Below, piece after piece: positions 1-9,390 of a DNA stretch of 40,894 nt; positions within the stretch are counted from its first letter, which is position 1; each line of letters opens with the position of its first letter. Both the position numbers and the translations under genes were made by a program. Origin of the DNA: Candidatus Zixiibacteriota bacterium (GTDB lineage Bacteria > Zixibacteria > MSB-5A5 > CAIYYT01); the NCBI GenBank assembly GCA_040235515.1, contig JBECKX010000016.1:1-40894 (forward strand). The letters run 5' to 3'. Under the pieces are notes generated by a model. The model was not told the origin of the DNA. It saw only the letters and a list, made by a program, of their open reading frames with translations, and searched no databases.

Positions 1-130
1 TTGCGACGCTGAGCACTATATTGTTCGCAGACACTCATGAGCGATTCATCGGACAAACCTGGCAGTAGTCGCCTGCGACTGCTTGCTGAAATCTTACCAG
101 AAAAACGAATTTCCCCAGCGGGCCGACGGC

Positions 131-1423
131 ATGTGGGTTGAAGTTGTCGTCATTGCTCTGCTATTGATCCTGAATGCGTTCCTGGCGGCGATTCGGGTCG
201 CGGTAGCGCGGGTCAGGCGGAGTCAACTCAAGGAGCTGGCGGAGTCGAACGCACGCGCCCGCACCATTCTCCAATGGCTGGACAACCGCGAAGATCACCT
301 GGCCACCCTGCAATTCTGGATCACCCTCACCGGCACCGCGGCGGCGGTTGTTGCGGGAGTCAAGCTGACTCCGCACCTGATTCCGGTTGTTACGGAGTGG
401 GGTGTGGGGCCGAAATGGCAGATACCGCTGGCGCTGCTGTTGGTCATAGTAGCGATGACGGCGCTCTACCTCGTTATCTGTGGCCTGGTACCGAGGAAGA
501 TCGCGAACTCGCGTGCCCTGCCGATCAGCCTGGCTACGGCGGGTGTTGCCGGGGCAGCCACGAAGCTCGGGTGGATACCGACCAAGTTGCTGGCCGGAAT
601 TGCGGCGATTATCGCCCTGCCGTTTCGGAACCACAACGGCAACGGTAATGGGGAAACCGATGAGGAGGAGATCGATGTCGTCTATCACGAGGGCAAGTTG
701 CACGATGATCTGGATGACACCGAGCGTGACCTGATCGCCAGCGTTATCGAGTTCAGCGACAAGACGATCAGGCAGACAATGACCCCGCGCACTGACGTAG
801 TCGGGATCGACTTCAAGATGAGTCAGGATGCCATCCTGCGAAAAATCAGCGAGGAGGGCTATTCGCGATTTCCGGTTTATGAGGGGGACCTCGACCATAT
901 CAAGGGTGTAATGCATACGCGGGACGTTATCAATATGCTGGTGCATTCGAACCTGATCATCCTCGACGACCTGGTGCGGCCGGTGAAGTTCGTGCCCGAC
1001 TCGAAACTGATTTCTTCACTCATGCAGGAATTCCAGAACGAACAACAGCATCTGGCGATCGTGCTCGACGAATTCGGGGGCACGGCGGGATTGATCACGA
1101 TGGAGGATATCCTCGAGGAGATCGTGGGAGAGATCAGGGATGAACACGATGTTGAGGTCGACCCGTTCATTCTGCTGACCGACAACCTCTGCCGCGTAGA
1201 GGCAAGTTATCCGGTCGAGGAATTCCAGAAGAAGTTCCATGTCAAGCTGAACGATGAGAGTAATGCGGACACGGTTGCGGGGTACGTGGTCAACTCAACG
1301 GGCAGGCTGCCGCAGCAGGGAGAGAAGGTCGTGATCGGAGGATTGGAGTTTCATATCACACAGGTGGATGGACCTCGTATCGAGCGAATCAGGGTCAAGA
1401 AGCTGCCGGAGAAATCTGAGTAG
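131..1423 (+). CDS. Hemolysin/CNNM (HlyC/CorC) family membrane protein: DUF21 + CBS pair + CorC_HlyC domain
   Basis: Hydrophobic N-terminal helices, then CBS motifs (MTPRTDVV, YSRFPVY, AIVLDEFGGTAGLITMEDILEEIVGEIRDEHD) and a C-terminal TVAGYV...GRLP...GEKV. ATG 131 preferred to TTG 83. Confidence 0.9.
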   Translation: MWVEVVVIALLLILNAFLAAIRVAVARVRRSQLKELAESNARARTILQWLDNREDHLATLQFWITLTGTAAAVVAGVKLTPHLIPVVTEWGVGPKWQIPLALLLVIVAMTALYLVICGLVPRKIANSRALPISLATAGVAGAATKLGWIPTKLLAGIAAIIALPFRNHNGNGNGETDEEEIDVVYHEGKLHDDLDDTERDLIASVIEFSDKTIRQTMTPRTDVVGIDFKMSQDAILRKISEEGYSRFPVYEGDLDHIKGVMHTRDVINMLVHSNLIILDDLVRPVKFVPDSKLISSLMQEFQNEQQHLAIVLDEFGGTAGLITMEDILEEIVGEIRDEHDVEVDPFILLTDNLCRVEASYPVEEFQKKFHVKLNDESNADTVAGYVVNSTGRLPQQGEKVVIGGLEFHITQVDGPRIERIRVKKLPEKSE

Positions 1424-1813
1424 AGGCGCAAAAGGCGGAGCGACGCAGAGTTATAAACGTACAGAAACACCCCCCAGCGAGATAAATTCGCTGCAGCGAC
1501 ACAATTTTGTCGGCATTTCTCAAGAGCAGGCTGGGGCGCTTCGGGCAGGCTGAATGAGCGCATGATGGCTGTGCAGCAATCCAGGTACAGGGTTCAAGCA
1601 GCCAACTGTGACGATCAGCCTGAACCGTGGATGGATAAGGCTTCAACTATCGCTCGTTGGCACTCACCCGTTAGGTGGGCTATCGGAGTTTTCCACCACT
1701 GGTTCATGGAAACAGAAGAGCCGACTGCGTACTGCAATCGGCTCTCTCATTTGAGTCATGTTCGCCCCGAAACTGGTTTCGGTTGAATCGCGAACTCAGT
1801 CTATCGAACAGGT

Positions 1814-3220
1814 CTATAGATCGACCAGTTCGTACTCGACCACCGGAGCGATCTGGTTGAGAGATTCGCGAATCGCATCCGCCTGCCCGACGACTACGAT
1901 CAAGAATCGTTCCGGATGAATATAGTCTTCGGCAGCCTTCCTGGCGGCATCCGTTGTCACCGCGGCGACGTTCTTCAGATAATCGGTCAGGTAGTTCTGG
2001 TCGAGCCCATAGAGTTCGACCGTTTCCATCTGATCGGTTACCTGGCGCGGCGTTTCGAAGATCCTCGGGAAGTAGCCTTCATAGAAGGAGATTGTCTCCG
2101 AGAGTTCCTCTTGCGTCACGCCTTCGCTGCGCAGTTTCTTGATCTGCTCGATTGCAGCGATGATTGCCTTTGCGGTGGAATCAGTGTTGGTGAAAGTCGT
2201 GACCGTGAACTCACCCGGATAGCGATTGTAAGTGAACTGCGAACGAATGTCGTAGGTAAGCCCGCGGTCTTCGCGAACTTCCGACATCAGCCGCGACACG
2301 AAGCCACCGCCGCCGAGGATGTAGTTCATGACCCGGATGCTGAAGAGATCAGGATTGTAACGATCGACACCGAGGTGACCGATCTTGATCGACGACTGGG
2401 TGGCGTCCGGTTTGTTGATCAGCACGATGCTCATACCGTCGCGCATCGGCGGTGACGGGAAATCGTGGCCCGGAATCTCACCCTTCTTCCAACCACCGAA
2501 TTTCTTGCTGACCTTATCGAAGATCTCCTTAGGTTTCACGTCGCCGGCAACGAAGAGCACGGAGTTGTTCGGGACATAGTTAACCTGCCAGAAATTCTTC
2601 AGATCATCCACAGTGATTTCGGAGACTGATTCGATCGTCCCACCCTGCGGCTTGCCGTAGGGGTGCTTGCCGAAGAGGTGGAGAGCGTACTGCTCATTGA
2701 CGATGGCGTTAGGATCATCCTTCTGCGCCATCAGCCCGGCGATCAACTGCTTGCGCTGACGCTCGACCTCTTCTTCCGGAAAGGTCGGGTTGAGCACGAC
2801 GTCGGAGAGAAGATCGAGACCGACATCGAAGTGTTTCGTCAACACCGATGAACGGACGTAGGAGGCGTCGAGGTCTGACCCGGCGCCGAGAGTCCCGCCG
2901 ACATAGTCAATAGCCGCAGAGACATCATTGGCGCTGCGAGTTGTCGTACCGCGTCGCAGGAGGTCGGCGGTCAGCGAGGCCAGACCGGCTTTATCGGCCG
3001 GGTCCATCGCAGAACCACTCTTAACCATGAGTGAGATCGAGATGACCGGTTGCTCGTGATTCTCGATCGTGACGATTTTGAGTCCATTGTCGAGCACTTT
3101 GGTATTGATGGGGGGCAGCACGATCTGCTCGGCCGCCATAACCACTCCACCTGCAAGAAGAATCAATGCGAGGATTGAGGTGAGAGTGCAGCGCATGATA
3201 TTAGTCGTGAACCTGCTCAT
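1814..3220 (-). CDS. M16 (pitrilysin-like) peptidase, non-catalytic subunit, secreted
   Basis: Signal peptide and LDNGL; GLASLTADLL replaces HXXEH; ILGGGGFVSRL and the REDRGLTY R/Y motif. Its start overlaps the stop of the upstream catalytic subunit. Confidence 0.9.
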   Translation of the reverse strand: MSRFTTNIMRCTLTSILALILLAGGVVMAAEQIVLPPINTKVLDNGLKIVTIENHEQPVISISLMVKSGSAMDPADKAGLASLTADLLRRGTTTRSANDVSAAIDYVGGTLGAGSDLDASYVRSSVLTKHFDVGLDLLSDVVLNPTFPEEEVERQRKQLIAGLMAQKDDPNAIVNEQYALHLFGKHPYGKPQGGTIESVSEITVDDLKNFWQVNYVPNNSVLFVAGDVKPKEIFDKVSKKFGGWKKGEIPGHDFPSPPMRDGMSIVLINKPDATQSSIKIGHLGVDRYNPDLFSIRVMNYILGGGGFVSRLMSEVREDRGLTYDIRSQFTYNRYPGEFTVTTFTNTDSTAKAIIAAIEQIKKLRSEGVTQEELSETISFYEGYFPRIFETPRQVTDQMETVELYGLDQNYLTDYLKNVAAVTTDAARKAAEDYIHPERFLIVVVGQADAIRESLNQIAPVVEYELVDL

Positions 3221-4569
3221 TAGTTACCCTCCTGGAGACCCATCATCGGTGGCGCCTGCTGTTCCTGGATCACGGTGATGACCGTGCGCTTCATCGGATC
3301 AAGATACTTCCTGGCCACACGCATGACATCCTCGGCCGTGACCGCGGCGTATTTTTCTGCCTCGGTGAAAACGATGTTGTAGTCTCCGAGGATTGTCTCG
3401 GCGTAGCCGAGCTGGCTTCCCTTCTGTTCGAGTGACTGCGCACCCATATAGAACTCTGCCTCGAGCTGGTTCTTGGCCTTTTGCAGTTCATCAGGCGTGA
3501 CCGGCTCATTCTTGAGCTTCTCTATCTCCTCGTAGAGAGACTTCTCTCCATCGGCAGTGGTCTGTCCCGGCTGCATGGCGGCGTAGGCATAGAAGATACC
3601 CGCCTGCTCGTTCGGGCCGTACTCGCCACCGGCGAAGAGGGCGATTTGCTCATTGTAGACGAGGCGCTGATAGGCTCGGCTTGACTCGCCGCCGGAGAGG
3701 ATGCGAGCCAGCACCTGCAGCGGGTAGCTGTCATCGCTACCGGCGGGAGGAGCATGATAGCCGGCGATAAAGATCGGGAGTTGCGAGACTTTGTGGAAGT
3801 CGATGCGGCGCTCACCCTTCTGCTCAGGCTCATTCCAGATCGGGCGAGGCATGTCGGTATTCGCCGGAATGGCGCCGAAATGCTTGTCGATGGTTTTGAC
3901 AACATCATCGAACTTAACGTCGCCGCAGATAACCATCACCGCGTTGGCGGGATTGTAGTAGGTATCGAAGTAATGCTGACAATCCTCTACCGTGATCTCC
4001 TCGATATCCTTGCGCCAACCGATCGGCAGCCACTGGTAGGGATGGGCCAGATACATGTTGGCATTGAGTTGAATCAGGATATCGCCAAAGGGGCTGTTTT
4101 CGTAGCGCCAGCCGCGTTCCTCGAGGACCACCTGACGTTCGGACGCGAGGTTCTCGGGATTGATCTTGAGGTGCTGCATGCGGTCAGCCTCCAGCTCCGC
4201 GATCATATCGAGTTTGTCCTTGCCGATGTCCTGATGGTATACCGTCATATCGGCGGTCGTGTAGGCATTGGACAATCCGCCATTTTTCTGAATCAGGCGG
4301 GTGAACTCCTTCGGCGCCAGTTTGTCGGTGCCCATGAACATCATGTGCTCGAAAAGGTGCGAGACTCCGGTGATTCCGGGGCGCTCGTTCTTCGAACCGA
4401 CGTGGTACCAGATCTGCATGTTGATTGCAGGAGTGGAATGGTCTTCGAGAACCAGCAGTCTCATGCCGTTATCGAGGACATGTTTCTTGACCGGCCATTT
4501 CTCGGCTGCCATCAGTGAAGATGACAGGAGGAACAGCATGGTCATCAAGATGAGCGTACGTTTCATCAT
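3220..4569 (-). CDS. M16 zinc peptidase, catalytic subunit, secreted
   Basis: Signal peptide, WYHVGSKNE, inverted zinc motif HLFEHMMF, NAYT and VVLEER; GGAGG RBS upstream. Confidence 0.93.
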   Translation of the reverse strand: MMKRTLILMTMLFLLSSSLMAAEKWPVKKHVLDNGMRLLVLEDHSTPAINMQIWYHVGSKNERPGITGVSHLFEHMMFMGTDKLAPKEFTRLIQKNGGLSNAYTTADMTVYHQDIGKDKLDMIAELEADRMQHLKINPENLASERQVVLEERGWRYENSPFGDILIQLNANMYLAHPYQWLPIGWRKDIEEITVEDCQHYFDTYYNPANAVMVICGDVKFDDVVKTIDKHFGAIPANTDMPRPIWNEPEQKGERRIDFHKVSQLPIFIAGYHAPPAGSDDSYPLQVLARILSGGESSRAYQRLVYNEQIALFAGGEYGPNEQAGIFYAYAAMQPGQTTADGEKSLYEEIEKLKNEPVTPDELQKAKNQLEAEFYMGAQSLEQKGSQLGYAETILGDYNIVFTEAEKYAAVTAEDVMRVARKYLDPMKRTVITVIQEQQAPPMMGLQEGN

Positions 4570-4749
4570 ACCTCCAATTGCTCAGTAAACAGTACTATGC
4601 GAAGAGACAATTCTCAAGCGTCAGAACTTCTAAAGTGTCGTTGTAAAGTATTACGGCGCAAACGCTCTCCTGAGGTGATAGATAAGCGAGAGTTGCGAAA
4701 AGAGTCCAGCAAAATCGGTAAAATAAGAATCCCGGAACAAGTGAACCGA

Positions 4750-7224
4750 CTACTGGATTTCGATGTCGTAAGGACTGCGTGTCCAGATGTTGAGCCCGGT
4801 CAGGGGTTCTACGAGGTCTTTGAGGGTTGATGCAAGGGAAGAGCTGCGATCTCCGTCGATCAATTCGCTGATTCCGGGAATCGGGAAATTGAGGATACGC
4901 GGCAGCAGCCGACGTTCCGGAATTTGTATCACCTCAAAGTCTTCACCAATGTTTGCTTCAACACGCGCCAGTTCCACGGCATCGAGGATGCTGCCATAGG
5001 AATCAGCCAGTCCGGCGTTCAACGCGCCTTTCCCCCCCCAGGTACGCCCGGCGGCGAGCGCGTAGACGGAGTCGGGTGAGAGATTGCGTCCGTCGGCTAC
5101 GACCGATACGAAGCGGTTATACATGTCGGTTATCTGGCGCTGGAGGATCTGGCGTTCATCAGGAGAGAATCCGGAGTTCCAGGAAGCGATGTTGGAGTGC
5201 TCTCCCCGCTTGATCACTTCGGTATTCATACCGAGTTTTCGGTAGAAGCCGGAAAGGTCGGCTTTACCGCCGAACACCCCTATCGACCCGGTGATCGACG
5301 TGGGCTGGAGCATGATCTCGTTGGCCGCCGCGGAGATGTAGTAGCCACCAGAAGCACAGACGTCTGACATCGACACGATCACCGGCTTCTCCGCGCGCGC
5401 CTCTTTGGCTTCCGCCCAGATCACATCACCGGCGATGGCATCCCCACCGGGAGTATTCATCCGCAGCACGATAGCTTTTACCGCCGGATCCTTGCGGGCC
5501 TGGCGGATGGCGGAGCTGATGGTTGACGCACCTGCGGTTTGGCCGTCGAGGAAGTTGCTGCCCGAAGCGCCCCGCGTGATGCCGCCCGCCACGGAAACGA
5601 TGGCAATTTTGGGGGCTTCCCCGAAGCGCTCGCGATGCCGCGGAGCATCATGGTAGGATGCGAGCGAGACTACCCCACAGCGCTCACCGAAGAGATCCGG
5701 GATTTTTTTCTCCCACTCGTAGGGATAAAATCGGCCATCCACCAGTTGGAGGCTCTCCGCCTGCACTGAAGTGAAAGGGCCCTGGTCGATCAAATCGCGG
5801 ATGTGATCGGGTGTCATGCCGCGCCCCTCCGCGATGGCGCCGACAAACTCGTCGAAAAGGTCATCGAGGATGCGGTTGATATCCTCGCGGTGTTCTTCGG
5901 TGAAGGTGGTATCGGTGTAGCTGTTCGTGTAGGTCTTGTAGGGACCGGTGCGCTCGACCTGTGGATCGATATTGAGCATGTCGAGCGTATTGCCGTAGAA
6001 GGTGACCTCTGCCCTGATCCCGCTGAGGTTGAGGGCATCGACGGGAAGCATGTGGATTTCATCCGCTACAGAGGCGAGGTAGTAAGCGCCGTTGCCTGAG
6101 AAGGAACCAAGATAGGCGACCACTTTCTTGCCTGCAGCGCGGAACTTTGCGCAGAGATCACGGAAATCCTTCAGGCGTGCCCAGCCGATGCGGGGATTGT
6201 TGATGGTGAGCAGCAGGCCTTTGATTTCAGGGTCGTGGAGGGCAAGCTCCATCCGCTTGAGTCGTTCGTAGACTGTCTCGCTGGATTTGCGCAGAAGAAA
6301 AGTCGTGGTGCGCTGTTCAGGTATCGTGCCCGACATATCGATATGCAGCACGCGGCTGCCGCGCGGGATGATCTGTTCGCGCTCCGCGACCGAATAGCCG
6401 GCGTAGATTGTGCTGCGGGTGTAACTGGCGTCGTTGTCGAAGAAGCCCTCACCGCCGGAGAATGACTTTTCGAACTGGAATTCGAGTCCGACGCCAAATG
6501 TCCCCATGTTATCGAAGCCGGCATAGGCTCGCAGTCCCTCCTTCACTTTGCCGTACGCGGAGAGTCTCCAGCTACCATCACGCAGGCGCTGGCCAGAATA
6601 GAAGGAGTAGTCACCTCCGAATGTGAGCCAGTCATCGAGGGGGCGTACTGCAATGGAGCCGGTATAGCCGACGGCGGTTTCTTCGCCAAAGAACTCATGC
6701 TTGTTGATGTTTGTCGCATGCAGCGAGATGGCGCCGTATTGATTCAGATAATAGAGGAGCGATGCGTTCCACGAGTGCGATTTATCGAGCACCTGCCAGT
6801 CGGTTTTGTAGTAGGTGTAGGAGATGCCACCATAGACGTTCTTCATCAGGCGGGATGAGACGACGAAATCGTAGCGGGAAACGCCATTGGGAACATCGAG
6901 GCCGAGCCGCTGATAGCCGAAGCCGATCCGACCGGCGGAGATGCTGAAGGCGTTGTCACCCGAGAAGTCTCCTTCGGCGAACGAATGATATCCGCGGATT
7001 TCGAGCGACTGATTAACATAGAGCGCGGCAGGATTGCGGAAGATGGCGTCTGCGCCGGTGATTCCTGCGGCGGGAATATCATTGAGGGGGAGCGAGAGTC
7101 GGAGTGGAATCTCGTCCGCAACGATGGTAAGAGTCGGTGTGATAATCAGGATAGCCAGCAGCAGAACCGTTGCTACTGCTGACCCGGTGGCTTGTCTTGT
7201 GTCTGGTCTCAGCGAGCGTCTCAT
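4750..7224 (-). CDS. sppA: Signal peptide peptidase SppA (S49, tandem-domain type) with an extra N-terminal beta-strand-rich domain
   Basis: AYYLASVADEI, GPYK, LRMNTPGG, SMSDVCASGGYYIS, ITGSIGV and GRTWGG...GLAD. The N-terminal ~280 aa contain DAIFRNPAAL and alternating aromatic strands. Confidence 0.88.
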   Translation of the reverse strand: MRRSLRPDTRQATGSAVATVLLLAILIITPTLTIVADEIPLRLSLPLNDIPAAGITGADAIFRNPAALYVNQSLEIRGYHSFAEGDFSGDNAFSISAGRIGFGYQRLGLDVPNGVSRYDFVVSSRLMKNVYGGISYTYYKTDWQVLDKSHSWNASLLYYLNQYGAISLHATNINKHEFFGEETAVGYTGSIAVRPLDDWLTFGGDYSFYSGQRLRDGSWRLSAYGKVKEGLRAYAGFDNMGTFGVGLEFQFEKSFSGGEGFFDNDASYTRSTIYAGYSVAEREQIIPRGSRVLHIDMSGTIPEQRTTTFLLRKSSETVYERLKRMELALHDPEIKGLLLTINNPRIGWARLKDFRDLCAKFRAAGKKVVAYLGSFSGNGAYYLASVADEIHMLPVDALNLSGIRAEVTFYGNTLDMLNIDPQVERTGPYKTYTNSYTDTTFTEEHREDINRILDDLFDEFVGAIAEGRGMTPDHIRDLIDQGPFTSVQAESLQLVDGRFYPYEWEKKIPDLFGERCGVVSLASYHDAPRHRERFGEAPKIAIVSVAGGITRGASGSNFLDGQTAGASTISSAIRQARKDPAVKAIVLRMNTPGGDAIAGDVIWAEAKEARAEKPVIVSMSDVCASGGYYISAAANEIMLQPTSITGSIGVFGGKADLSGFYRKLGMNTEVIKRGEHSNIASWNSGFSPDERQILQRQITDMYNRFVSVVADGRNLSPDSVYALAAGRTWGGKGALNAGLADSYGSILDAVELARVEANIGEDFEVIQIPERRLLPRILNFPIPGISELIDGDRSSSLASTLKDLVEPLTGLNIWTRSPYDIEIQ

Positions 7225-7292
7225 AGAACCCGTATCGATTCACTCAGTCGTGGCAGTGTGATTGGCAAACCTGTTACGGCGCGGGGCTATCG

Positions 7293-8492
7293 TCAACTGC
7301 CGGAACTGGAGGAGCCGTTCCTGGAGTGGGAGTCGAGTTCGATCGTGCCGACACCCTTCATCTCGATATTGATCGAGTTTTGCAGGGCTCCGATACCGCC
7401 GCGCAACAGAGTACGGGTAACTCTTTCTACTCTGATTGGCAAGTTATTCGTGTAAATTCGTCCGCTCTCGTCAACCTCAAGGCTGAGGGCCGCGGAAATA
7501 TTGACCGGCAGGTAGACCTTGCTGTGGTTGTTTTCGTTGCGCACCAGCAGGTCGCCATTCAATTCATCGGCAGTAATCGTAATTGGTGAGTTGGCGGTGC
7601 TGAGGATCGAGCGCCCCGGTTCGAAGCTAATGCCGTCGGCGTCGATTTCGGCAAACTCGGTGCGGGCATCGATTTCCCCGCGAACATCGATCAGAATGAT
7701 GCGACCGTTGTCGTTGCGGAGTCGAATCGTTCCCAACTGGCTATCGACCGATTCAAGCTGGATCGGGCGGTTGGCCGTGGTCACGCGGGTCGGACCGGTG
7801 CAGTTGCGCACCAGTACTGCGGCGTTCTCACAATCGATGTTGATCTTGTTGCGGATCCCGCTGACGGAGACATCGCCGAAATTGCTAGCGACATCGACAA
7901 CCGCATACTCGCCATCAATGCGGATGTTGTAGGAAGATGTCCGAACGAAGATCTTCAGCCGCTCGTAGCGAGGCGTAACGACTTCAACATCAACCGCTGC
8001 GGAGAAGTCGGTGCCACTCCAGGGTGGCGCGGAACGGGTTTCGCACGAGATCGAATACTCATTCTCGAGTTGCTCGAATTGCAGCTGGATATATTTGTCG
8101 AACTCCCGTGCCTGGTCCAGCGAGTTAGCTTTAAAGCGCTTGCGGTAATGGATCTCGGTATGCTCGACATCGCCGACATAAACCGAAAGCAACCCGTGCA
8201 GGTAAGATGATGCGGTGATCGAGAGGTTTTCGATGCCTCTGAGGTCGACTGTCTTGACGATTTCGTCGCTGGAATAACCGCGATTGCCGTCATGCTTGAT
8301 TTCCTCAGCCGCGACCTTGATCGAGTGCAACAGGAGCGCACAGAGCAAGATGGTAAGCAGAGGTTTTAGATGTATGACCCGAGATATTGGCATAATTTCT
8401 CTTGGTTCGAGATTCTTCCCGCTAAAAGGTTGAGTACGAGATTTCAACCGGTTTGTTCGATCGTATTTGGACTTGCCGCATATCAGCCTCAT
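7293..8492 (-). CDS. Secreted DUF4097/adhesin-like beta-strand repeat protein
   Basis: Signal-like segment LLTILLCALLLHSIKVAA and repeated motifs (SNFGDVSV, NDNGRIIL, TANSPITI). Start is either 8492 (ATGA-coupled) or 8393. Confidence 0.6.
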   Translation of the reverse strand: MRLICGKSKYDRTNRLKSRTQPFSGKNLEPREIMPISRVIHLKPLLTILLCALLLHSIKVAAEEIKHDGNRGYSSDEIVKTVDLRGIENLSITASSYLHGLLSVYVGDVEHTEIHYRKRFKANSLDQAREFDKYIQLQFEQLENEYSISCETRSAPPWSGTDFSAAVDVEVVTPRYERLKIFVRTSSYNIRIDGEYAVVDVASNFGDVSVSGIRNKINIDCENAAVLVRNCTGPTRVTTANRPIQLESVDSQLGTIRLRNDNGRIILIDVRGEIDARTEFAEIDADGISFEPGRSILSTANSPITITADELNGDLLVRNENNHSKVYLPVNISAALSLEVDESGRIYTNNLPIRVERVTRTLLRGGIGALQNSINIEMKGVGTIELDSHSRNGSSSSGS

Positions 8493-8526
8493 ATCAGCCT
8501 CATATCAGCTTCATATCAGCTTCATA
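8479..8526. repeat. 11-bp tandem repeat (CATATCAGCYT)x4 + CATA
   Basis: Read directly: catatcagcct catatcagcct catatcagctt catatcagctt cata. It spans the trmH stop and the next start. Confidence 0.95.
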
Positions 8527-9305
8527 CGAGCAGCGACGTCATAGGTCGCGATTGCGGCTGCAGCGGCCACATTGAACGATTCCACCTCCGGCGCGCCGCG
8601 CAACCGAAAGAATGTATCACAGGCCCCTCGCACGGTGCCGCTCAAGCCGTCGGCTTCGGATCCGAACGCCAGGCAGATTGAGCCTGAGGCTGTCTCCAGT
8701 TGATCGAGCGGCAACTGGCTGCGGGCATCGCTACCAGCTAAAGCTACATTATTTGACTGGAGTTGACCAAAGAAAGTTTCCAGAGTGGAGATTCTGATAA
8801 CTGGCTGGGTGAAGAGGGTTCCGGCGGTGGCACGAATGACTTTAGGGTTGAGGATGTCGGCGCAGCCGGGCGAAAGCGCGAGAATATCAACCCTGCAGGC
8901 AGCAGCGGTACGGATGATTGTGCCGACATTGCCGGGATCGCTGACCCCATCCAGCAGAAGAATCAACCTGGCGGAAGGCCAGCGGGAGTCGGCGGAAGGG
9001 AGTTGCGACTCGGCAGCAACAGCCATAATCCCTTGCGCAACAACTGCTTCTGACAGAGCCCGGAATCGCTTCCGGTCAGCTTCAAATAGATGCAGGTTTC
9101 TGCCGGATAGATTTCTTACGAATTCCTCGCCCGGCTGGGTCAGGTCTTGCGGCGAGATAACGACAAACTCCGGTTCGACCCCCGCCTGCAGCATTGTACC
9201 GACGCCGCGCATCCCCTCGACGAGGAGATAGCGGTTTTTCTTTCTGCCCTGAGGCGAATGCAGTTGTCGGATCAGCTTCTCGCGTGAGCTGGAGAGTTGT
9301 TGCAT
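8511..9305 (-). CDS. TrmH/SpoU family RNA 2'-O-methyltransferase
   Basis: LLDGVSDPGNVGTIIRTA, FGSEADGLS and ESFNVAAAAAI SPOUT motifs; N-terminal LVEG substrate-binding segment. Confidence 0.92.
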   Translation of the reverse strand: MQQLSSSREKLIRQLHSPQGRKKNRYLLVEGMRGVGTMLQAGVEPEFVVISPQDLTQPGEEFVRNLSGRNLHLFEADRKRFRALSEAVVAQGIMAVAAESQLPSADSRWPSARLILLLDGVSDPGNVGTIIRTAAACRVDILALSPGCADILNPKVIRATAGTLFTQPVIRISTLETFFGQLQSNNVALAGSDARSQLPLDQLETASGSICLAFGSEADGLSGTVRGACDTFFRLRGAPEVESFNVAAAAAIATYDVAARMKLI

Positions 9306-9312
9306 GGTGGTG

Positions 9313-9341
9313 ATGATAGCGCACGTTGTCGGCTACGTCAA
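9313..9341 (-). promoter_or_regulatory. Sigma70-type promoter for trmH (TTGACG-17-TATCAT)
   Basis: Minus strand reads ttgacg tagccgacaacgtgcgc tatcat, ending 7 nt before the ATG at 9305. Confidence 0.65.
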
Positions 9342-9352
9342 ACGATTTGACC

Positions 9353-9382
9353 TTGCCGAGAGTGGTTGGGACGGCTTACCTT
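9353..9382 (+). promoter_or_regulatory. Possible sigma70-type promoter for the patatin gene (TTGCCG-18-TACCTT)
   Basis: Hexamers at 9353-9358 and 9377-9382, 8 nt before ATG 9391. Confidence 0.4.
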
Positions 9383-9390
9383 AGGCGATT

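Noticed and set aside
1460..1700. tmRNA-like ends (GGGGGGTGTTTCTG on the minus strand; TCCACCA at ~1692 on the plus strand)
   Set aside because: The two ends are on opposite strands, and there is no T-arm (GTTCGA) or tag reading frame.
1562..1786. 74-aa ORF in the convergent gap
   Set aside because: No RBS or recognizable motif. It cannot be excluded but is unsupported.
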